A model generated the notes under the pieces. That model worked only from the letters and a program-made list of their open reading frames with translations. It did not search any database and was not told the origin of the DNA. 64,000 nt of DNA, taken from Chrysomallon squamiferum (Eukaryota; Animalia; Mollusca). Shown piece after piece: positions 1 to 23,485 of the stretch. The first letter of the stretch is position 1. Each line of letters opens with the position of its first letter. The position numbers were made by a program, and so were the translations under genes. Location: NCBI GenBank assembly GCA_012295275.1, contig CM022675.1:8866001-8930000 (forward strand), in the 5' to 3' direction.

Positions 1-125
1 TTATATTTCTCTGTCTATTTTGTTCTCATTCCGAATTTATGTCATCATGTGTCTCTTTTCTCCAATTCCTTTTCTAATTTCTCATTTTCTCTAATTCCTT
101 TTCTAATTTCCATTCTAATCTCTCC

Positions 126-166
<41 letters not shown>

Positions 167-191
167 AACACTATTTAAATATTTTACTTAC

Positions 192-263
192 TTTAAAACG
201 TAACTAAGGGCAACACGGCTGGCTGCTGAACTTCCTGTTTCTCATTCAATCTTGGGTCAGTGT
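192..263 (-). CDS. JAZF1: JAZF1 coding exon 2 (72 nt as assembled, frameshifted)
   Basis: AG acceptor at 265-264, GTAAGT donor at 191; DTDPRLNEKQEVQQP. Confidence 0.85.
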
Positions 264-1827
264 CTAAAAAATAAAAACAAAAATTTTAAACAATAAAATA
301 AATAAAAATACTATTTGGCAATTCAATTTTTATTTGTAAAGTTTTCAAATTTATATAATTTATTTTAACTTTTATCACCTATCTCAATGAACTACTCCAT
401 TTTAAAATGATACTTGTTTTGTTTCGCATGCCCATAGTAGTTAAAGAATACCACTTGTGATTTAAGTCATAGTCATACTTCCAAGTTATGTGTTATTCAG
501 TTTTTGCTATCCTTTTTTAACTAATAATCAAGTATAACATCCAAAGTAAAATTTTCTGTTCCCTAATGGCACACCATTATAAGCTAGGGTGATTTTTTTT
601 TTTTTCACACTGGCCAGATATCCCTGACTGTGATTGTATTAAATGTATCCACTTGTGTAGGAATACAAAGAAAATACAAGAAAAATTTTTTACCTTAATT
701 TTAAAAGATCACATGATAAGTAAAATAAATAGATTATCTCTTTTCTGAAAAACCTTTTAACAGCATTTAAATCCCATGAAATAATAATTTGTAAATGTAA
801 GACAACTTTGGAGAGTCTTATTTTTTTTAAATTACTCTCACCATCATAATTAATGAATGTGTTTTTACTGGTTCTGAAATAGTTCCACCTTAAGCCAGAA
901 TGTATTTTTAAAGAAGGCATATATTTTAATATGATAAAAAGCATTGACATATATCGTTACATAATGCATTCTTTTGCTTGACATTTCCTTTGTTCTTAAA
1001 TCTTTAGTATGCATATCTGTGTTATTTATTGGTGGTCTGATGAATGCCTGTGCAGAAAACATTTAATAAACAAATAATTAATGTAGCACATCATGTCCAT
1101 CATTGGTATTATTTATTACCTAAAATTCCCCACCCCCAGGCCGATTTGTCCGGACACCATTTTGTATACATGTATCTGTATTTTTCCATGATATCAAATG
1201 TCAGATATATTTTATGCACTGGAATAAAAGTATTCATAACCACTAAATCTAATGAACACTGCATATCTTAAAACATGTTGGGCGAGTATCAGCTTATAAA
1301 TTTGTGATTTATTTAAATAAACGTATGTCCACAATAACTGCTGGGATGGCAGGATTCTGAGTAAAAGATTTTTAACAGTCACAGTTGACAGTATCAGTTT
1401 CTGTACCACGGCCTTAATAAAATAAACGCGTTTGGTTTCTGCTTTAATCATTAAAATATTACCGCGAGATCATCGAATAAATAAAACATTTTTTTTTTAT
1501 CTGAAGTACAACGAGTTATTATACTAATAAACTATTAAACTGTATTTTAAAGAGTGTCATCTATCTAAAATATTTTTTGTCATCTGACAGTTTGCACGTG
1601 CGAAACCCACGTGCCAAACCCCATTTATAGAACATGTAAACATCCGACTTTAAACAATGTTAATTTTAAGTTGCATGCAAATGTGTTATTTCTGATCATA
1701 CATAACGATGCTATAAACAGTATGTACCGATGTGCGTTTCTTCGATGTGTTGAATAAGATCTGCAAGTGACGTAAATGTCAGTCCACATCCTTGAAATGT
1801 ACAATTATTTACTAAGAACACCGCCAT
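192..1827 (-). CDS. JAZF1: JAZF1 (juxtaposed with another zinc finger protein 1), 5' part; exons 1827-1728 and 263-192, gene continues beyond the window start; exon 2 has an apparent 1-nt frameshift
   Basis: Exon 1 reads MAVFLVNNCTFQGCGLTFTSLADLIQHIEETHI (C2H2 finger) with donor G|GTACAT. Exon 2 follows TTTTTTAG and reads DTDPRLNEKQEVQQPA, then VALSYVLK in the shifted frame, with donor GTAAGT. This matches the recalled JAZF1 N-terminus CRFGGCGLHFPTLADLIEHIEDNHIDTDPRVLEKQELQQPTYVALSYINR. Confidence 0.9.
1728..1827 (-). CDS. JAZF1: JAZF1 coding exon 1 (100 nt, phase 1)
   Basis: ATG at 1827 in AAATGGCGG context; encodes the C2H2 finger; GT donor at 1727. Confidence 0.92.
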
Positions 1828-1829
1828 TT

Positions 1830-2078
1830 GCAGCACCTGCAGCCTCGTTTTGATAATTAAATGTCAGCTGCTGAGATAAGACATTTTTTTAAAAACATTA
1901 AAATTATAAAATCCATTTAAAGTAAATTTCATTTAAATATATTTATTTTCATTAGCAGAACACTGTTAGTTATATAAAAAAATGAATTTCATTTTTTTTT
2001 TTTAATGCTAAAAAAGTCCATAACCGGCTACTTTTGTACACGCATGCGTATATTGCACTCTCCTTCAGTAACCTCTGG
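1830..2078. promoter_or_regulatory. Bidirectional promoter shared by JAZF1 and ATP synthase c; NRF1-like palindrome and short pyrimidine-rich non-coding first exon of ATP5MC (~2058-2078)
   Basis: ACGCATGCGT palindrome at 2040-2049 (NRF1/EWG-type core). Pyrimidine start CTCTCCTTC followed by donor GG|GTAAGA at 2079. JAZF1 ATG is only ~230 bp away on the other strand. Confidence 0.6.
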
Positions 2079-2303
2079 GTAAGAGTAGTTGGATTCTTTT
2101 TAGTTTGTCATTGAATCCGTCTCGTAGTTTCTTCTCTTGCAGTCATCGGTATACATTTGTTAAATTTACTGTTTGCTGTTAATGCAGTTATTTGTTTTCA
2201 AGGTATATTTCAAATGCATTTTATGTATAGCGTCAAGGTTTTATGATTATAACATAACCGGGTATTTTCACTGCAGGTCCATCGAGTCGACCGTCTATCA
2301 AAA

Positions 2304-2348
2304 ATGTTTGCTTGTGTAAGATACGTTCACCCAACTGCTAGATGCCTG
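2304..2348 (+). CDS. ATP5MC: ATP5MC coding exon 1
   Basis: Acceptor CTGCAG at 2276, ATG 2304, [15 protein letters not shown], donor GTAAGT. Confidence 0.9.
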
Positions 2349-5044
2349 GTAAGTATCTTTGTTACATGTTTATGCAATTAAATAAACAGATATATCACCA
2401 ATTTTTTGTTGGGTTTTAACGTGAAAAGATGTGTCAAAACTGAACGGTAACCGGGGTTACCCAATTTCGAGTGAATACGTCACTGAAATGTTTTGTTTCA
2501 AAGCTGAATTTTCGTTTCTACTAAACCCAGATCAATGACAATAGGTTAAATTAAAAGTTCTTTATGCATTTGTCACAAGTGCAGATATCAGTTACATTTC
2601 TCACTCCATTTTGATATTCGTTTTGAACAATGTCCATTTGACCTTCGTGACTGCTCGTAGATTCAGATTAACTTTATCAAGTGTAAACTTGTAACTGTGG
2701 AATAAATGAAGCCTCAGATTTTCTTTAATTGCTTCCTCGGCAACATTGTGTTAAAAATAATGAGTTTCTATTGATTTTGCTGCATGCAACCTTGGCACCA
2801 AATGTAATACATTTATAACTGATATAGTGATAGGCATGTCAATAAAGAAACTTACCTTATGTTTAATTGGGTATTAGAAACAATGAATGAGTTGACAAAT
2901 AATAAACTGCTATGGCCTTCATTTTATTTTAGCTATAACTGAATAAGTTTCTGTATACTTGGTAACTTAGTGTGGGGAGGTAACTGTAATCAGTTACTTG
3001 TTACAGTGGAGCATATTCTACAAATCAAGAAATGTAACTTAAAATCTATGCAAGACAGAGTACATTATTTTTATTATTTGAATTATCCTACTTCATTGAT
3101 AAAATCTGAAATTTCAGACAATAGTCATTCCAGTAATTGTGTTCTTCAAATATTGAGTAAGTGAACTCAGAAAGGTTATTGAGAAAAGTAATGATTTTAC
3201 ACTTTAGGGGAGTCTGGATAAAATGTTACTTCAGAATAATGTAATAAAATACAGATCATTAGGTTATCTACTGTACAGAGGTACTTGCATGTTTAGTCAA
3301 AAATGAACATTAAGTATCTCAGAAACTGTTTACAAATAGCAACAGAATCTGTATTCTAATCTTCTGATACATCTAATATTAAGGTCTGTGATGTTAAAGT
3401 AGTATGAAGTTGATTGCATAGGGGATCATATATTCCATTGTTGGTTAAAATTGTTTTGAACTTTATACTTAACTATAACTTTTATACATTCAGGTTACAA
3501 GCAGTCGTACAGCTGCAAGACCATTAGCTAGCACACTGGTGAACAGCCATGATGTAAGTATTGTAAATATTCTAGCAAAATGTTCATGAGAAAACATAAG
3601 CTGACAGTGTAACACATAAATCACATTCAGAATTGGTTTACACTGACATTTAAATGTTTCTTCTCTTTGAGAATCACTGTTTGGGCCTTCAGTTCACATT
3701 AAAAGGTGGTTTTAAGTTTTAAAAAAAGAAAATAATGGTGTTAAATAAATTACAATGTATTTCTTCAGCTGATTATGTATGTTAATTTGATTATTTTGTC
3801 AATAACAAAACTTACAGTATTGTAACATGTCTTGTCTTCCAGACTATTTTTAATAACTTTGCAAATTTTGTGTTTCAGATTTCACAACCTTCCTCAGTGA
3901 ACCTTTCCTCCTATACAGGTGTCAGCGGACTCATGCCAGTAAACAACAATAATTTATCATCTTTAATCACTCAGGTGAGTGATGTTTGTCAGCAGAAGTG
4001 AATTTTAATTATGCTGTTACATGTTTGTGAAAAAATATTAAAATAGTTGATTTTGAATGTTTCCTTTTAAAATTATTGAATCTGTATTTGGTAGAGTATA
4101 CTTGTTTGTGGAGAAACTATAAATTCAAAGCTTTATGGTAAATGTGGGTGTGAAACTAAATTGTTCACAGCTAATATGTTTATTTATTTATCCATTCATT
4201 GTGCCCAAATAACATGAAACTAGTTAAACTAAGGTTTTATTTAAAATTTGAATTCTCTTTTAAATAAAATTCAGCAATTAACCCAGTATTTTACTCTTTT
4301 TTTTATCTTCTAAAACAAATAAGTTTTATATGTAGTGTAATTCATATTACTATTTTTTTCAGTTGAGAACTTTCCAAACGAGTGCGATCAAGCGTGACAT
4401 TGATCAGGCAGCTAAATATATTGGGGCTGGGGCTGCAACAGTCGGAGTAGCAGGATCAGGTAAACCTTTAGTTTTATTAATATTTGTACGAGCAGGGGAA
4501 AAAATGTATGAAAAAAGAATGGTGCCTTGAATAATCATGTTAAAAAGAAATAAAAATGTATAATCTGACAGCATATTCATGGCAAAAGTTTTATCTGGTA
4601 AAGTTCTAAATGAAAGGTTTTTCTTCAGCTTCCAATTTTATTGCTGGTATCGGTTTTTGTTCAAAGAAACATTGACCGACATAAATGTTTTGGTGTACAT
4701 TGAGAGGTGGATGCACCAGTTGGTTTTATCAGAAAAAATATAGCAGTTCATGTAAGCATAAGAGAAGAAAAACAACTATGTAATATTTCTTAAAATCACA
4801 TGGAAGTTTAAAAAGATAATTTTCATATTTTGCGTTACTTGACATTTAAATTCTATTTACATTTTTCCATTCACTTTCAGGAGCTGGTATTGGCAGTGTG
4901 TTCGGAAGTTTAGTTATTGGCTATGCCAGAAATCCCAGCTTGAAGCAACAGCTTTTCTCATATGCCATTCTAGGATTCGCTCTGTCCGAAGCCATGGGTC
5001 TCTTCTGTCTTATGATGGCCTTCCTGCTTCTGTTCGCATTTTAA
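2304..5044 (+). CDS. ATP5MC: Mitochondrial ATP synthase Fo subunit c precursor (153 aa: 78-aa presequence plus 75-aa mature proteolipid); exons 2304-2348, 3494-3553, 3879-3974, 4363-4459, 4881-5044
   Basis: Spliced translation [15 protein letters not shown]...[11 protein letters not shown]|[75 protein letters not shown]. It has the GxGxGxG motif, RNP loop and proton-binding Glu. All introns are GT-AG with consistent phases (462 nt). Confidence 0.98.
3494..3553 (+). CDS. ATP5MC: ATP5MC coding exon 2
   Basis: [29 protein letters not shown] boundaries. Confidence 0.9.
3879..3974 (+). CDS. ATP5MC: ATP5MC coding exon 3
   Basis: [44 protein letters not shown] boundaries. Confidence 0.85.
4363..4459 (+). 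CDS. ATP5MC: ATP5MC coding exon 4
   Basis: [32 protein letters not shown](G). Confidence 0.97.
4881..5044 (+). CDS. ATP5MC: ATP5MC coding exon 5 with stop
   Basis: [25 protein letters not shown]...FAF, TAA at 5042-5044. Confidence 0.98.
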
Positions 5045-5235
5045 TGTCACTAGAAAACACTTAACATTTTTTTTTTTTTTAAAAGTCGCAGGCCGAAGCA
5101 CTTTTTCTTTATCTAATCATGGAAATGTGTAAAGTTGTGAGACTGGTGTGTTTGTAAGATTTTAGGGACCCATATTAAAAAAAAAGTTAAAATCAGTGAA
5201 AAATGATTTCTCGAACTGAACAGTGTAGGATGTTA

Positions 5236-5247
5236 AATAAAAATAAA
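5236..5247 (+). terminator. Polyadenylation signals of ATP5MC
   Basis: Tandem AATAAA about 190 nt after the stop, followed by T-rich sequence. Confidence 0.55.
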
Positions 5248-7582
5248 ACTAATTTTTGTAACATATACAGAAGTAATTTTTCTCTTTTTTGATTGCTGTA
5301 CAGAAGTTTTGAAAACGGTCTTTTGTAGAAAGAAAGCAAAAGGCATATTAAATGTACTGATGAGTGGAATGTTTTGTTATGGTTTTATTTTGAAGCGTTT
5401 ATTTTTAGAATTTATAACGATTATAAAAACACGTTTGCAGTGAGGAAAGGGATGGGGATAGTGTTTAATAACTTCGAACATTTTAGTTTTCATAATAAAA
5501 GTAAGAAACAAGTTTGGTTTTATTTTTATTGCAAAATAAGTTTTGACTTTCAAAAAAAGAGATAAAATTAGGAAATTTCCATATATCCTGCCCTGAAACA
5601 ATGGGAATATACTGAGGCTGGTTTGCAAGAAACAAAATTTCTGTTGGGGTGAAAGATGTACAATGCATCTCGTACATTAAATAAAAAAAATAAGTTTAGC
5701 ATACATGTTCATGGCTGAAATTATGCCACATGACTGTTAACACGGGTTAAGTCTGGAACTGGAATTTAAAACAAATTTTGCCTGTCTAACAGTAAGTCAT
5801 TTCTAGAGGATCTGAATATCCATTTTGTTGTATTTATCTTTGACAGAAAACAGCGGTTGCATTTTTCATGTTGAGTGTCCTTAAACATTCAGTTCTGAAT
5901 TAACTATTTTTTCAATTAACTGATAGTTTTTACTTGTCTAAAATACTCTGTAATTGAAACGTGTATAAACAAACCTTTACTATCTTGGGTATTTGTCTTA
6001 CACTAAGGGAGGAAGAAAAAAATATCCAGATGCTTTACAGGAAATACTCAACATTCAAGGATCATTTTGGGGTCTGGAGCATTTTACATGCTGTTGAATA
6101 TAAATGGATAAGCAACTGTATGATAACCATTAAATTTCTAAACATTAATGTTTCAAATTTCTTTGCTAAAGAAGATTTAAAAATGGGTGTTTCTAATGTA
6201 TAGGTATAAAATGAACTTAACAAAAACATTTTCAAATAATGATTTATCATGATTTTGGCTGTTGATTATGCATATCCTTTAAGAAATAAATTTACATTAA
6301 CTTTTAAAGAAAATTCTTAAAATGTGCAGTTAAAGAAAGAAAAAAAAACAAAACCATAAATATTTGCATAATTTTATTTTCACATTTTATGACAAATAAA
6401 AATCTAAATACTGAAAACTGACAACAAATTTTGTAATTTAAATGGAAAAAATTTTAAAAAATAAGAATGGATGATAACAATAAAACTACCTAAAAGTAGA
6501 ATAATTTTTACACTAAAATAATAAAAATAATCTTGTTTTCTTATGTCATACTGACATTTCAAAAAAAAATCCTGTTAAAAACTTTATATTTAAAAAATGA
6601 AAATCCAAATTTCTCTGACAAACTGAATTTTTAAATTTTCACTAATACTGTTATGATCACTGACACCAAAGTACATCCATGATTGTGCAATAAAGATGAA
6701 GGATCTTTATAATTTTAATTTTCTTCCAACATACAGCTATACCGTTAAGATTAATTTGTTAAGATTGCAGACCAGGTATCGGTAAACAATCATGAATTTT
6801 TTATATTCATCTTGAAGAAAGCATTTCAAGTAAGTCATGGATTACTAATTTGATAATCAAGGAAAGTAAAGGGATTTTAATATGTTTCTGAGAGGCTTTA
6901 AACTATCACACCTTCATTAACATTACTAGTTAATGTCAATTAACAAACAAAACAGTTATTCAAACATGTACAAATGTAACCAGGGGATTTGTTCCTATGA
7001 ACACTACTTCTATGTCAAACAAAGATACAACCAGTTTAACAAGAAACAAAAAAGCAGGGACTCAGAAAATATTAAAGTATATTTGTTCTTATCACAGGTA
7101 CAAACTTTTATACATAGGAATTTTAAATACTGGTTTTAAAATAGTAATTATTACGGCATGGAAATGATTTTGTCACAATATTTAAAAAAATGTTAACAGA
7201 TGTGTTCAAATTAATGTTATTTATTATGGTTATAATTTCCAGTCCTAAAATTACTTTTATTTAAATTTCTTTTAACAAAAAAAAAAAAAAAAAAAAACTT
7301 GTATCCATGGGCAACCTTTTTCAAGAAGTGAGTTGCAGCTTGTCCATGAATTATACAAACACAATCTCACTTTAAACAACTGTCCCTAATATTCAAAGAA
7401 TTTTTTATTTTTTAAAAAAAATTTAAAAACACATTTAATCAACAGATAATATTAGCAGATGTATTAATTACCACCAGTTCAATGTCATTTAAGTTTATCT
7501 ACATTCATACAATCTCATGGCATCACACAGCTCATATAATGAAAGTAATATTTCCTTGCTCACCAATATTTGAAGATAGGCA

Positions 7583-19957
<12,375 letters not shown>

Positions 19958-20452
19958 ATTAATTCTGAAAATTAATGAGTATTTTAAAAATTAAATTGCA
20001 AATGATGCTATCTGCTAAAAAAAAATAATAATAATAATAATAAAAGAGATAGAAAAAAGGAGGGCTCGTAATTCAGTCTAAGAAACAATTACATTTACTT
20101 AATTCAATAATTGTAAATATAAAATTTGTTTTAAAAAAATATATAATAAAAAGTAACTTTTTCTTCTTTGCTCATATTAAAACATCAAAACAAAAATGTG
20201 CAATTAAAGACGATGTTATAAAATGATTTTGTAAAATATTTAATTACAACAATAATAATAACAACGACGGTTTGCTAAATATAACTGCAGACGTAAACTT
20301 GAACAGTTAAAATAACAAACAGGTTGTTATTTCCGTATTCGATTTTAAATATTATTACGAATCTTTTCGACTTCGAATGAATTAAATAAATGTAAGTTTT
20401 CTTCACAATATACATGACAGTAAAACAGAGCATTCATAATTCACTCTCATAC

Positions 20453-20545
20453 TTGCGATTTGAGATCAGTTGGTAATAACGTTAATTTTTTGGCAAACAA
20501 ACGCCATCTCTTCCCATCATTTCCCGCCAATTGCAGATGGCGCTT
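20453..20545 (-). promoter_or_regulatory. HELLS non-coding first exon and promoter with E2F site and inverted YY1-like motifs
   Basis: Donor GTATG after 20453. TTTCCCGCCAA at 20520-20530 (E2F consensus; HELLS is an established E2F target). CGCCATCT at 20502-20509 and AGATGGCG at 20535-20542. Confidence 0.65.
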
Positions 20546-20983
20546 ACAGTCGGACATTATCCGGAAATGTTCTGTCAATCCTTGGATAAGGAGTAACAGA
20601 AATACGCACGTTAATATATACATGAAATATTATAAACACGTAAATACATAACACATAACACTGTAATTTTGCATTTTATTACTATCCTTAAATCTGTGCA
20701 TCTGTATTTTGTATTATGAATGTAACAAGTACTTACTTATGCATTAATTCATATCTGAATGTACCTATATGAGTCACTGTGAGGGCGGCTATATTTCAAT
20801 ATGTATATATATAGTTATTGATCCAAATTTAAATAATGAAAACACTGATTTAACTTAATAAATAACTGTGACTTTTTTTTAAATTATTATATCCTTTTCA
20901 GACTTTTGAAATACAGTCAAATCTGTTATGGAGTATATTTATTTTTTAGCGTTTGTATTATATTTTTAACTTATATTTATTAT

Positions 20984-21022
<39 letters not shown>

Positions 21023-21353
21023 TTTTATTTATTATTATTATTATTTTTTTTTTTTTTTTTGGGTGGAGGGGGTTTTACAGCTCAGCACGCACACACACAC
21101 ACACACACACACATCAGGAATCATGCACAAATTTATACCAATCTTTATGGTATCGTGACATCAAGAATTTTCATAAATATTGTTTTATAAAAATGATTTT
21201 CAAATAGAAAAATAAATAAACATTTTCCGTAAAACATTCACGAATTATTCCAAATTCAACATGCCTGTTCACAAAATAAAAGAAAATAAACAAAAAATTA
21301 ATTAAGTAAGTAATTAATTAATAAAAATAAGTTTTTTTTTTTTTTTAAAAAAG

Positions 21354-21391
<38 letters not shown>

Positions 21392-22326
21392 TTGTTTATT
21401 TTTATATAATTTTATTTCACTTCATATTATTATTATTATTATTACAACTATGATAAATGCGATTTAATAATTTCAAATGACTAACATTAAAATAACGAGT
21501 TCATAAAGGCTACTAAAAATTCGACTTTTACATTATCAGCGGGTTTTATATTGATATTAGATTTTAAAAATATGAAAATAAAATAAATAAATAAATAAAA
21601 TATTAATTATTACTCGTACCAATCATGGTCGGTGTAATAACGTTCAAGAAATAAACTTACTGTTTTGTCTATTCCCTTTCATTTTATCATATTATTCTAA
21701 AACACGAAATAAAGTAAAACATACTAACCAAAAGCTCTCCGACTCATATACAAACACGGAAATTTATATACGATAATACCGATAAAACGAAGTTAATTGA
21801 TAAATATTTTTTCACACTAAGGTACGCGATGTTTGTAAAACGAGGTGATTAAAATTTCTCTACACTGTCCTGTCCAAGTGGTCTTTTGCAGAGCGAGTTG
21901 TTGATATTTCCTTTTCTGAAAAACAAGTAATAAAAAATAAATAAAATTAATAAATTAATTAATTAATTAATTAATTAAATATTTCCGATTTCGATTTTTT
22001 TTTAAAGTACAAAACTTGAAAGTGCTAAATTTATTATTTTAAATTGCAAGAACGTGGACCAGAAGGTGCGAACAGCAACAATATTACTGCCACAATATCC
22101 ATTAACAAGGCAATGACCTTGTTATGCACGATTTGAGCCAAATAGGCTTTCACTTAAAAACAATTATTTTAAATTTGTTTTATGTTCAACACTGTTGCCT
22201 GTATTGAAAACAATAAAGTGGTTATGAAGTACCAACGAACCGTTACCGGTCTATTTTCCCTTCATTACGGTTATTTATTTATTAAATTTATTTATTTTAA
22301 TTATTTATTTATTTATTTATTTTATT

Positions 22327-22361
<35 letters not shown>

Positions 22362-23164
22362 TTTTAATTATTTATTATTTATTTATTTTAATTATTTATT
22401 TATTTACTATTTATTTATTTTAATCTTTATGTATTTATTTTGTTTGTTTGTTGTTTTTTCTTTCTTTAAAACAATAATTTGTATAAAACTGTGAACCTCA
22501 GTAATGCGCCCCCCCCACCCCGATTTCTACGCCTCTAATGGTAGAGTCAGCTCTGATAGTAGTAGTAGAAACAGTAGTAGTTATGATGGTAGTATAAGTA
22601 AACAGGCTAGTACTGATGGCAGAATTGTAGTTGTAGCAGAAATAATACTGGTAGTGTCAATAGTAATAAATAACAATATATTATATATAAATATAAATAT
22701 AATAAATAACAATAAAATTAGTAATGGTAGTAACAGAAACAGAAGTAGTATATAACATCTTAATGTAAATGCTTTTTTAACAAATAATAAAAATAAAATA
22801 AAATAAAATAAATGATATTTTGATTAAGAACAAAAACAAAAAATATGGATGGAACTATACTGTTTATTAAATAAAATAATACATGTTCTATTAATAAATA
22901 GCTTTAATTCTCCGATAACCCAAACAACATTTAGAATCAGATTTTTCCTTTGTGTCCAATTCTAACTGAAATTATCTGACGCCATTACGATGTCCATGTT
23001 ATTGTAATTTTATTTTTCGCTGTTTATGTAATTTTTATTTGATTATATATTATCAAACATTTAAGAATATTTATAATGTATGTGATTAGAATCTCGTAGA
23101 ATGGTTATATATGCTTTCAGCTATACGTTAATAATTCGATGCTGCTCAATCAAAAAGTCATAAA

Positions 23165-23485
23165 ATAGTAAAATGGCGTCCATAATACAATATCCGCTTT
23201 ACGTTTCAATCCGACAGCGGTTAATTATTTGACAAGGTTATCGGTATCTCAAACAGGCAGTAAAGTATAATTTTAGCTCAGTACGAACATGACAACAAGA
23301 GAAACATTTGATTGGTCCCAGCTAACAGATGATACGTCCGTGTGACCGTCATCGTCTTTGAAGAGCAGAACAGTTTCTTAATTATCGATTGGTTTGACCC
23401 GCCACTGAAGCCAACTGCGAGAGTGTTAAGTGCCCTACAACCAATAGGATGAATGCTATCTCTGAATTCTCGCGAGAATTTCATT
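23165..23485. promoter_or_regulatory. Promoter-like CpG-rich island without an assigned gene
   Basis: AAAATGGCG at 23170; three CCAAT/ATTGG boxes (23311, 23388, 23441); 16-bp palindrome AATTCTCGCGAGAATT at 23465-23480. Confidence 0.5.

Noticed and set aside
865-1062. Minus-strand ORF with AG/GT-bounded segment (1047-961) in JAZF1 intron 1
   Set aside because: Open only in phase 0 while JAZF1 exon 1 ends in phase 1 (stop after a few codons); no similarity to JAZF1
1017-1070. Hammerhead-like CTGATGA...GAAA spacing
   Set aside because: Stem II lacks the closing pair and stem I cannot form; other CTGATGAG hits (5357, 15645, 50075) lack the stem II-GAAA arrangement
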